NCBI GenBank assembly: GCA_041586955.1
Contig: JBFGZE010000009.1
Span: forward strand, 1-64,000
Origin: Bacteriovoracaceae bacterium
Lineage (GTDB): Bacteria > Bdellovibrionota > Bacteriovoracia > Bacteriovoracales > Bacteriovoracaceae
DNA: 64,000 nucleotides
Direction: 5' to 3'
In this document: piece after piece, positions 19,423 through 27,478 of the stretch
How positions within the stretch are numbered: position 1 is the first letter of the stretch
How the letters are laid out: the number at the start of each line of letters is the position of its first letter
The notes under the pieces: model-generated
What the model was told of the DNA's origin: nothing
Seen by the model: the letters and a program-made list of their open reading frames with translations, nothing else
Database searches by the model: none
Translations under genes and position numbers: made by a program

Positions 19423-21002
19423 TATTTTAAGTCCACATAGCGGAAAATATCACCTCCAAGGGGATCGATTTGGTAACCCTTTACTTTATCAGACATGGCA
19501 CGGTAAATAATTGAATGAGCGATAGGCGCCCAAGGAGCTTCGTCTTTAAAGATCTTTTGGGCCTTGGCATAAAGGGCCGCCCTTTGTTTTTGTTTTGTGA
19601 GCATTTTTGCCTTAACGATAAGTTCGTTAAATTTGGAATGACACCAACGAGCGACATTTGAGCCGGCCTTAACACCTGAGCAACCTAAGAGTACATTAAG
19701 AAAATTATCAGGATCACCATTATCACCAGTCCATCCTAATTGAATGAGGTGGTGCTCTCCATCACGGGCCTTTTTAAGGTAAGTAGACCAATCGTATGAA
19801 ATAAGTTTTGCTTTAATACCTACTTTGGCGAGGTCCGCTTGCATCATTTCTCCCATTTTCTTCCCGTTGGGGTTATACGGTCTAGTAACAGGTAAGGTCC
19901 AAATTTCTGTCTCAAAACCCTTGGAGTGACCGGCCTTTTTTAAGAGCTCTTTGGCGAGTTTAGGATTATAGGAATAATCCTTAATGTTTTTATTATAGGA
20001 CCAAAGGCTTGGAGGAAGAGGATTCTTCGCCACCATAGCATTTCCTAAATAGATAGCGTCAATATAGGCCTTCTTATTCAGAGCATGATTAATCGCCTGA
20101 CGAACTAATTTATTATCATAAGGCTTCTTTTGGGTATTCATCGCCAGGTAACCAACATTCAGACCAGGGCCGTCCATTAAAATTAATTTGTGATTTTTTC
20201 TCATTGCCGTTAGATCGGCCGGAGCTGGTTCAATGATTAAATGGCATTCGCCAGTTTTCAGTTTTTGATAACGAACACTCGGGTCTGGGGTAATTGAAAA
20301 AACCAATTGATCAATCTTTGGAGCACCTTCAAAAAACTTATCAAAGGCGGTAAAGCGAATCATATTATCTTTGACATATCGTTTGAAAGCAAAGGGACCT
20401 GTACCAATCGGACGATGGTCAATTTTATCAGGCGTCCCAAGTTTTAGCAGTTGATCACCATACTCTTTAGATAGGATGCTCATAAAACTCATTGCCATAT
20501 TGGCAAGAAACGGAGCTTCTGGTTTTGTTAAAGTAATTTCAATTTTGTGGTTATCAATTTTTTTAATACCACTAATAAGAGTTCCCATTTCCATTCCCTC
20601 AAAATACTCATAGCGGCCGCCGCCAATTTTATGAAAGGGGTGGTTTTTATCTCGCTGGCGATTAAAGGAAAAGATTACGTCGTCAGCATTAAGCATACGT
20701 GAGGGCGTGAAGTATTTGGTTTTGTGAAAAGGGACATCCTTTCTTAATGTAAAGGTATAGGTCTTACGATCTTTAGAGATTGTCCAAGATTTGGCCAAAG
20801 AGGGGATAATCTCTGTTGAGCCATACTTGAATTCTACTAAGCGATTATAAACAGTATGAGCAGAGGCATTATTTGAGGTGCCATCTGTCGTAATCTGCGG
20901 ATTAAAGGCCGTGGGGCTACCCTCGGAACAATAAACAAAAGTTTTGGCCTGTAGGCCTTGAAAAATTAGGAAAACAAGCGCACCAATCCAAGGTTTCAAC
21001 AT
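19422..21002 (-). CDS. dppA: Dipeptide ABC transporter periplasmic binding protein
   Basis: Signal peptide; FVYCSEGSP, PIGTGPF, RPYNPN, GWTGDNGDPDNF; AAGGAG RBS. Confidence 0.94.
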   Translation of the reverse strand: MLKPWIGALVFLIFQGLQAKTFVYCSEGSPTAFNPQITTDGTSNNASAHTVYNRLVEFKYGSTEIIPSLAKSWTISKDRKTYTFTLRKDVPFHKTKYFTPSRMLNADDVIFSFNRQRDKNHPFHKIGGGRYEYFEGMEMGTLISGIKKIDNHKIEITLTKPEAPFLANMAMSFMSILSKEYGDQLLKLGTPDKIDHRPIGTGPFAFKRYVKDNMIRFTAFDKFFEGAPKIDQLVFSITPDPSVRYQKLKTGECHLIIEPAPADLTAMRKNHKLILMDGPGLNVGYLAMNTQKKPYDNKLVRQAINHALNKKAYIDAIYLGNAMVAKNPLPPSLWSYNKNIKDYSYNPKLAKELLKKAGHSKGFETEIWTLPVTRPYNPNGKKMGEMMQADLAKVGIKAKLISYDWSTYLKKARDGEHHLIQLGWTGDNGDPDNFLNVLLGCSGVKAGSNVARWCHSKFNELIVKAKMLTKQKQRAALYAKAQKIFKDEAPWAPIAHSIIYRAMSDKVKGYQIDPLGGDIFRYVDLK

Positions 21003-21075
21003 GATCATCTCCTTATGAAGTCACGAAATATTGGCAATATTCTCCTAAAAAGGCGACCAGTTTGGCAAATGGCAA

Positions 21076-21840
21076 TTATGACTCGACGTGCATGGGGTTT
21101 ATTAATTGGTGGCGTGAGATAAGGGCGCAAAAGCTTTGAACTAATTTGGGATCAGTGTCATCGTTTAAATCACTGAGGGCCGCTTCTAAAGTGCCATTCG
21201 CCAGGATGTTATTCCAAATTTGGGCCTGGGTTGGCACCATTTCAAATATATGGACACCACCATCGGGAGATTGATAAAAAAAATAAGGATGTTTTTCTTG
21301 CTCATTATCATGGGGTAAATCTATGAATTTCTCTTCTTGCGCTAATTCCCAGATCCTTAATACCTGAGGGTGTCCATAGAAAATTACGGCATAGGGCCAG
21401 AGAGAGAGAGGTCGGTTGGGTAAGTTCGTTACTTGAGATAATTGCTGGGCCGTCATTCCTTTTGGGGCAGGAGCATTGAATACTTGATAAAAGGTCCATT
21501 CAAATTTGGCCATTTGGGAGAGAATGGCATAATTCTTATGAGATAAAAAATTTGGTAAGTCGCCACCATAATCCCCGAGGTCAAATGATTGAGAGGGGTG
21601 GGAGCGGATAAATTCTTGAAATAGAGAATGTTGTTGATCACCAAGGTAGAGACTAACCACGCGGTAGGTATCGACAAGCGCTCCTTCTAATCGCGCTTGA
21701 TAATCTTCTTGGTAAACACGAAATGCCTCTAGTGGCGCCAGAGGCCCAATTGGCCTCATAAATTGTAATTCATGACGATCTAATTCTTCATTATTAATCT
21801 GTTGAGCAAATTGATGTTGGAAAGAAAAAAAAGAATCCAT
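21076..21840 (-). CDS. DUF2063-type (BufC/HvfC-like) MNIO partner protein
   Basis: FQHQFAQ...FRVYQEDYQARLEGAL..YR...HPSQSFDLGDYG...MAKFEW; ATG overlaps the DUF692 stop. Confidence 0.82.
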   Translation of the reverse strand: MDSFFSFQHQFAQQINNEELDRHELQFMRPIGPLAPLEAFRVYQEDYQARLEGALVDTYRVVSLYLGDQQHSLFQEFIRSHPSQSFDLGDYGGDLPNFLSHKNYAILSQMAKFEWTFYQVFNAPAPKGMTAQQLSQVTNLPNRPLSLWPYAVIFYGHPQVLRIWELAQEEKFIDLPHDNEQEKHPYFFYQSPDGGVHIFEMVPTQAQIWNNILANGTLEAALSDLNDDTDPKLVQSFCALISRHQLINPMHVES

Positions 21841-22673
21841 TAATCCTCCCACATCTCATGACATTTCATGGCCTCGGCCTCTAGTTCACCAAAGCTTGGA
21901 ATATCCTCATCCCACTCTAAAAGTGTGGGGATTTTTCTTTGTGCCCTTCCCGAAAAGTAGCGATAGAGCTGCCAAACCTCGCTATGGACAGGCCTAGAGT
22001 GAGTGTCAAAGAGAAATTCACCGCGAGTGGAAAACCCCGCTAGGTGAATTTCTGCTACATGATTAGGGTCGATTGCCTCTAAAAACTGATAAGGGTTGAA
22101 ACCATAATTTTGTGAATTTACATAGACATTATTAATATCCAATAAGAGGGAGCAGCCTGATTTTTTTGTCAACTCGTTGAGAAATTTCCATTCGGTCATT
22201 GTTGATTGAGTATAATCAAAATAAGCTGACAAATTCTCTAGCGCGATAGGTCTTTGCAAATAGTTTTGTATCGCCTCGATACGCTCTGACAATAAATTCA
22301 AAGTATCAAGGTTGTAGGGCAGGGGTAATAAATTATGGAGATTATTATTTTCAATGCCTGTCCAGCAAAGGTGATCACTCACTAAGAATGGCCTAAACGC
22401 GTCGATGAAGGCCTTTAAAACTTTGAGGTAGCGATAATTGAGGCCTTGAGATGAACCGAGATTAAGAGAAACCCCGTGGCAGGAGATAGGAAAATCGCGG
22501 CGAATACGCTCCAAAATTTTCCATGGGCGTCCCTTTGAAGTCATATGATTTTCTGAAATGACTTCGAACCACTCTAATTGAGTGTCGAAGTCTGTTTCTA
22601 TATGGGCATAATGTTCAGTGCGGAGACCTGCTCCCACAAAGGGAGCAGGATTATGGGATTTAAGCTTTTTCAA
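21840..22673 (-). CDS. DUF692 multinuclear non-heme iron oxidase (BufB/HvfB-like)
   Basis: GAGLR, FEVISEN, HGVSL, VSDHL, LEN, LLLDINN, EIHLAG, DTH, LLEWD. Confidence 0.93.
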   Translation of the reverse strand: MKKLKSHNPAPFVGAGLRTEHYAHIETDFDTQLEWFEVISENHMTSKGRPWKILERIRRDFPISCHGVSLNLGSSQGLNYRYLKVLKAFIDAFRPFLVSDHLCWTGIENNNLHNLLPLPYNLDTLNLLSERIEAIQNYLQRPIALENLSAYFDYTQSTMTEWKFLNELTKKSGCSLLLDINNVYVNSQNYGFNPYQFLEAIDPNHVAEIHLAGFSTRGEFLFDTHSRPVHSEVWQLYRYFSGRAQRKIPTLLEWDEDIPSFGELEAEAMKCHEMWED

Positions 22674-22914
22674 ATCTTCCCTTTTTCTCGTGGCATTTAT
22701 CTTTATTCATTTTTTTAAAGCTAGTGCCTTTACAATTATTTTGACCGGCACAAGAGTGGTTTTTCCCTCCACAATCTCCCATGCCTTTACAAGCATTAAT
22801 ACCATAACATTTGCCAACCTTGGCCTCCGTCGAGTTATTTTGGGTCGAGCAAGAGGTGGTGATCAGGGTTAGTCCTAGGGCAGCAGCAGAAATAAGTAAT
22901 TTTTTTGATTCCAT
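22660..22914 (-). CDS. Cys-rich bufferin (BufA2-like) RiPP precursor with lipoprotein-type signal
   Basis: KCYGINACKGMGDC...SCAGQNNCKG...KC six-Cys core; signal region ends ITTSC; GGAG RBS; directly upstream of DUF692. Confidence 0.85.
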   Translation of the reverse strand: MESKKLLISAAALGLTLITTSCSTQNNSTEAKVGKCYGINACKGMGDCGGKNHSCAGQNNCKGTSFKKMNKDKCHEKKGRFEKA

Positions 22915-23057
22915 ATTTTCTCCAAAGGTAGGGGGTGATTATTCTTATCAGTCAAATGCCTCGAAGATGGCCCTAGAGGAAGCCGCCTTCTGTTTTAAAT
23001 TATTGAGCTCAAGAAAGGATTGTGACTGCGTAGCATTGCTTTTAAAAAAATGTTGAA

Positions 23058-23083
23058 TTCATTTTTTTATTTTCGGAGTTACA
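23058..23083 (-). promoter_or_regulatory. Possible ECF-sigma promoter for the DUF692 cluster
   Basis: TGTAAC-16 nt-TGAA, resembling the ECF16/SigF GTAACC..CGAA type; imperfect. Confidence 0.3.
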
Positions 23084-23290
23084 TATATAACAAAATTGGG
23101 ATCAAGTGGAAAAAATATTGATATCTTAAAGGGCGGGTCAAAATGGGTAAATAACAACCTCTTTTGTGGCGAAATCATGGAACCAGGTACCTGTGTTTAA
23201 ATATTTAAGTACCCAAAAATTCAAGTCGTTAAAGAATATATCAGGTAAGAGTTGGTTTTTTCGGAAGTTCCTGATTCTTAGTGGATTAAG

Positions 23291-23416
23291 GAGACTGGCT
23301 GACTCAAGTATTTTTCTGATCAGCCGATAAGCTTATTACAGAGAGACAGCAAGGGGGAAGGCGTGCTTATATTCGGCATCGAATAGTGTCGCTTTTCCCC
23401 TTTTCTGCTCAGTCTC
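23291..23416 (+). ncRNA. Candidate structured RNA, family unknown
   Basis: Nested inverted repeats with G-U pairs that favour the + strand; see findings. Confidence 0.4.
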
Positions 23417-23428
23417 ATTTATTTCTTT

Positions 23429-24850
23429 TTAAAACCCAATATATTCCGCTAATAATTGAACCGCTTGCCCGCTTCCACCTTTTTGTAAATGGCAGGGTTG
23501 GTTGTCAGTAGTCCAGGAAAAAATATCCAGATGTGCCCATTTAGTTTTCTCTTCAATAAAACGCTGTAGGAAGAGTGCCGCGGTTATGGAGCCGCCATGG
23601 CCACTGGCCGCGTTGACCATATCGGCAAAGGGAGAATTCAATTGTTTATCATAGGGACGGAAAAGAGGCATTGGCCAAACATAATCACCGATACTCTGGC
23701 CGGCGATAAATAATTGATTTTCAAGTTGTGGGTCATTTGAGTAAAGGGCGGCAATATCCTGACCAAGAGCTACTTTGGCGGCACCTGTTAAGGTGGCAAC
23801 ATCAATGACAATTGCAGGTTTTTCTTTATGTTCTTGGGCAATACTTAAAGCATCGGCCAAAACTAATCGACCTTCGGCATCTGTATTATGAATTTCAACC
23901 TTTAGTCCGTTCTTTGCTTGATAAATATCGCTAGGTCGTGAGGCGTTAGCGCTGATGGCATTTTCAGCAATGGCCAAGTAGATATCAATATTTTTCTTGG
24001 GGCCAGTCATCGCTACATAGCGAGCGAGGCCACAAAGAGCAGCAGAGCCTCCCATATCTTTTTTCATTAATCGCATTCCAGCAGCTGGTTTGACATCAAG
24101 TCCACCGCTATCAAAGGTAATTCCCTTGCCAACAAAAGCGATAGGCCTACCTTTGGCCTGAGGGTGACGGTATTGAAGATGGACAATATAGCTACCATGA
24201 AGAGCTGCTTGGCCGACACTAAGAATTAGGCCACAGCCCTCTTTTTCCAGTTTCTTTTCATCCCAAATATTAACTTTAAAATATTTCTCTTTTTGAAAAA
24301 GTTTTCTGACATCATCAGCATAGGTCTTAGGATTTAAAAAATTGGGAGGTAAGTTAACGAGATGCCGTGCTTGGTTAACAGCAAGAGCGAGGGCCAAGGA
24401 AGGAGTTAGGACCTTTTCTTTAATTGGGCGATGATTGTGTTGTATAACGATTGCAATATTGGTTTTATTGATGAATTGATAAAAGCATAATTCGAGTCCC
24501 ACGATAATTCCTTTTAAAAGGGAATCTTCTAGCGCAAATAAATAAATACCCTTTGGAGCATTTTGATAAGCTGACATCTTGTTAAAAAGAAGGGGGGCAA
24601 GTTTGTCACGGCCATATATAAAAGAGTTCGTAATGTCTTCTTTATTATTGACCCATACAAAATCGAGGAGAGAGCCGTCCTCATCTTTTATAACATTCTC
24701 TAGATGAGGCTCACCCGTGCTAATATTGAGCTGAAAGAGGTCCTTTTTTCTTTTAATGTCTTTAACATTATTGCAAACAATAATCTTATGGTGGGGACCT
24801 TTAATTTTTTGGGAGTTAATTTTGAGACAAGGGGAAAGGGCCGTTTTCAT
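23429..24850 (-). CDS. M17 leucyl aminopeptidase family
   Basis: GKGITFDSGG, MKKDMGG, NTDAEGRL, ATLTGA, WAHLDI. Confidence 0.95.
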   Translation of the reverse strand: MKTALSPCLKINSQKIKGPHHKIIVCNNVKDIKRKKDLFQLNISTGEPHLENVIKDEDGSLLDFVWVNNKEDITNSFIYGRDKLAPLLFNKMSAYQNAPKGIYLFALEDSLLKGIIVGLELCFYQFINKTNIAIVIQHNHRPIKEKVLTPSLALALAVNQARHLVNLPPNFLNPKTYADDVRKLFQKEKYFKVNIWDEKKLEKEGCGLILSVGQAALHGSYIVHLQYRHPQAKGRPIAFVGKGITFDSGGLDVKPAAGMRLMKKDMGGSAALCGLARYVAMTGPKKNIDIYLAIAENAISANASRPSDIYQAKNGLKVEIHNTDAEGRLVLADALSIAQEHKEKPAIVIDVATLTGAAKVALGQDIAALYSNDPQLENQLFIAGQSIGDYVWPMPLFRPYDKQLNSPFADMVNAASGHGGSITAALFLQRFIEEKTKWAHLDIFSWTTDNQPCHLQKGGSGQAVQLLAEYIGF

Positions 24851-24910
24851 AATATTTATCCTATTACTAAAGTGAAATGTTATGAAAAGTATGAATTAAT
24901 ATATCTTATA

Positions 24911-24939
24911 TTGAAAGGGCATAAGTTGTACGCTAAAAT
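24911..24939 (+). promoter_or_regulatory. Putative sigma70 promoter, 7 nt before ATG 24947
   Basis: TTGAAA-17 nt-TAAAAT. Confidence 0.6.
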
Positions 24940-24946
24940 TATATGA

Positions 24947-26092
24947 ATGAGAAAATTATTATTTTTAACAACAATGTTTTTTGTTGTTTATATTCAGGCC
25001 GAAACCACTGTGGGTCCAGGAATCGGGGTTCTTAAAGAAGTGGAAGAGGTTGATCCCAATCTTTCTCTTTCTAGCACGGAACAACAACAAATCTCGCGTA
25101 TTATCAAGTCAGGTAAGGGCGATGAGATGTATGTATTTCGCTATATTATCAAGGAGGAGGATTCATTTGCTTCCATTCTAAAATACTTTGTAAAACCTGA
25201 CTCTATCATTAATGCCAACACTCCAATGATTCATATTATTCGGGATAAAAATCCTCAAGTTAAATCCTGGGCAAATTTGCCTGTTGGTGTTGAGGTTGAT
25301 CTTTATATTCAGAAAGAATTTTTAAATGAAGCCGCTTATCAGCAGCATGAGAAAGAAGAGCTTAAAAAAATTGCAGAAAAGCGTTTAGCGGAAAAAAAGA
25401 AACACCTACGTGAGAAGAAAGAAAATGCGATGCCTAAAGGGTTGAAGTTATCAGCATTTTATATGGCATCTGGTGGTTACTATGAGCAAAAATCAAATGA
25501 CCTTAGCGTTAACGTTAAAACGGCTCAAAATTCTCCCTATTCCATTGGAATTGCCGCCCTTTATTATCCAGAAAATAAGCTCCATAGTTTCTCCTCTTCC
25601 TTTTATTATTCAGCACTCAAAGGGACCGCTAGTAATCTGGGGTTAACAGTAGATATTCCTGCAGAGCTAGGAACGAATTTTTATGGTGAGTATCGTTTGA
25701 TTGGGCGTTTTCCGGTAACATTATATGGGGGAATTGATCTAGAAAGATTCTCTACCTTTAATATTGATGCTCTTTATAATGATTCAAAAATTATTGTTGA
25801 TAATTCAACGGTTGGCTATTTAACGTTAGGTGCTGCCAAAGTTATCTCCTTGGGAAAGATTTATTTATTTAACAAACTCAGCTTCTCAAAATCACTTTTT
25901 TCCTCAACAGAAAATAATTATGGTTCGAGTGAGTACGAAGACTTTACGGGTTTTAAGTTTATGTATTATGCAAATTATAAAATTTCCCGTCGTACTTTTA
26001 TTCATGGGCTTGCAAAATGGCATGTGATGTCTGGTCCGAATGATATGAATGTGACTCGTTATGGCCTGGGCTTTGGTTATATTTTAAAATAA
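24947..26092 (+). CDS. Exported protein with a LysM-like domain and a putative C-terminal outer-membrane beta-barrel
   Basis: Signal peptide; YIIKEEDSFASI...NPQVKSWANLPVG; charged linker; amphipathic strands ending YGLGFGYILK. Confidence 0.6.
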   Translation: MRKLLFLTTMFFVVYIQAETTVGPGIGVLKEVEEVDPNLSLSSTEQQQISRIIKSGKGDEMYVFRYIIKEEDSFASILKYFVKPDSIINANTPMIHIIRDKNPQVKSWANLPVGVEVDLYIQKEFLNEAAYQQHEKEELKKIAEKRLAEKKKHLREKKENAMPKGLKLSAFYMASGGYYEQKSNDLSVNVKTAQNSPYSIGIAALYYPENKLHSFSSSFYYSALKGTASNLGLTVDIPAELGTNFYGEYRLIGRFPVTLYGGIDLERFSTFNIDALYNDSKIIVDNSTVGYLTLGAAKVISLGKIYLFNKLSFSKSLFSSTENNYGSSEYEDFTGFKFMYYANYKISRRTFIHGLAKWHVMSGPNDMNVTRYGLGFGYILK

Positions 26093-26136
26093 AGCACAGA
26101 ATAGTTTATTTGTCGTAGGGCTAAATTTGCGTGATA

Positions 26137-26577
26137 TTAATAAATTTTATGCATTAAAATAATTTTTGAGTGGCAATTATGAGGAAGCAGAGCAAAGAAA
26201 ATTCCGGTTGCTGTGTTGTCATCTTTTTTAACTTCTAATTCAATACCTGGACCTATTGTATTAATATCTTTTTGTAATTGAATACATTGAGGAAGATCTT
26301 TATCAAATAAAAATTTGTTGAGGCCATTCATTGGTGTTTTTGAACCGATCGATTCATTAAACTCCGCTTCCTGGTTGGCCATTTTTGTGACGATACTATA
26401 AAGCTCATAATAAGTGACTCTTCTTGCAGAATTATATTTTTGTACAGAGCCCGAAAACCAATCGCCAGAGCATTCAAATAAAAATTGTTCAAGTTTAGGA
26501 ATGGAAGCCGCTATATCGCATGCCCATAAGGAATGGGTCAAAGAGAAGAATAAAAAAAGACTTATCAATAACTTCAT
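26137..26577 (-). CDS. Hypothetical secreted protein
   Basis: Signal-peptide-like N-terminus; four Cys. Confidence 0.65.
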   Translation of the reverse strand: MKLLISLFLFFSLTHSLWACDIAASIPKLEQFLFECSGDWFSGSVQKYNSARRVTYYELYSIVTKMANQEAEFNESIGSKTPMNGLNKFLFDKDLPQCIQLQKDINTIGPGIELEVKKDDNTATGIFFALLPHNCHSKIILMHKIY

Positions 26578-26766
26578 TGAACTACCGTCGTTACTAGATG
26601 GAGAGACTTTAGCACAATGAGACGGTGAAAGCTGGAATTGTGAAAAATATCTTCATCAATAAGAGCAAAAATCTTTCTATAATTAGCTGAATTGTCGTTA
26701 CTGAGCATCAGATAAGCTAAATGGTACGCGATCAATGGATTTTATTGAAATTACTCGAGGGGAGAC

Positions 26767-27474
26767 TTAGTTGTCCAGGTTAAAAGGAAGGCTCCTCTCC
26801 ACGATAATTCCCTCTGGTGCCATGTCACATTGGTAGACGAGCACCTCTACGCCTTTGGTGTGGGCCTCTTGTAAAAGCCTGGCGTATTCGGGATCAATAT
26901 CTTTGGCGGGAGCGAAGCGATTTACATCTTTTCGTTGCACGATATAGAGCATACATCCCCGTTTACCATCGGCGACAATATCCATTAGCTCCTGAAGGTG
27001 TTTTTGGCCACGAGCGCTGACGCCGTCTGGAAATTGCGCTTCAGCATTATCATAACCTAGAGTGACATTTTTAACCTCGACATAACAATCGGGACGGTTA
27101 TCAGCTTTTAAAAGGATATCGATACGGCTTTTACCAATTTTTGCCTCGGCCTTAATAGTAGTATAGCCGGCCAACTCAGGAATGAGTTCCTTTTCAATCG
27201 CTTCGATCGCTAGCTTATTGGGAAGAGCGGTGTTGACTCCAATCCAGGTTCGACCATTATGAGTCATTTCAAGAGAGTACTTGAGTTTGCGTTTAGGATT
27301 ATCATGAAAACTTAAAAGAACTGGCCAGCCCGGCTCCCAGCACGTCTTCATACTACCAGTATTGGCAGTATGGGCGGTGATAATTTCACCATTTTCCTCA
27401 AGCTCTATATCGGCAAGAAAGCGTTTATAGCGCTTGAGTATTTTTCCTTTGATAAGTGGGGCAGCAAATTCCAT
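26767..27474 (-). CDS. sfsA: SfsA family nuclease
   Basis: KRYKRFLAD, HTANTGSM, SRID, YVEVKNVTL, FPD, RGQKHL. Confidence 0.95.
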   Translation of the reverse strand: MEFAAPLIKGKILKRYKRFLADIELEENGEIITAHTANTGSMKTCWEPGWPVLLSFHDNPKRKLKYSLEMTHNGRTWIGVNTALPNKLAIEAIEKELIPELAGYTTIKAEAKIGKSRIDILLKADNRPDCYVEVKNVTLGYDNAEAQFPDGVSARGQKHLQELMDIVADGKRGCMLYIVQRKDVNRFAPAKDIDPEYARLLQEAHTKGVEVLVYQCDMAPEGIIVERSLPFNLDN

Positions 27475-27478
27475 TTGA

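Noticed and set aside
15622..21002. dpp operon as the transporter of the RiPP cluster
   Set aside because: It is co-directional, but a canonical DppA-type importer with its own RBS; the precursor already has a Sec-type signal.
22811..23056. 81-aa + strand ORF upstream of the precursor
   Set aside because: Overlaps the precursor antisense; no RBS or motif.
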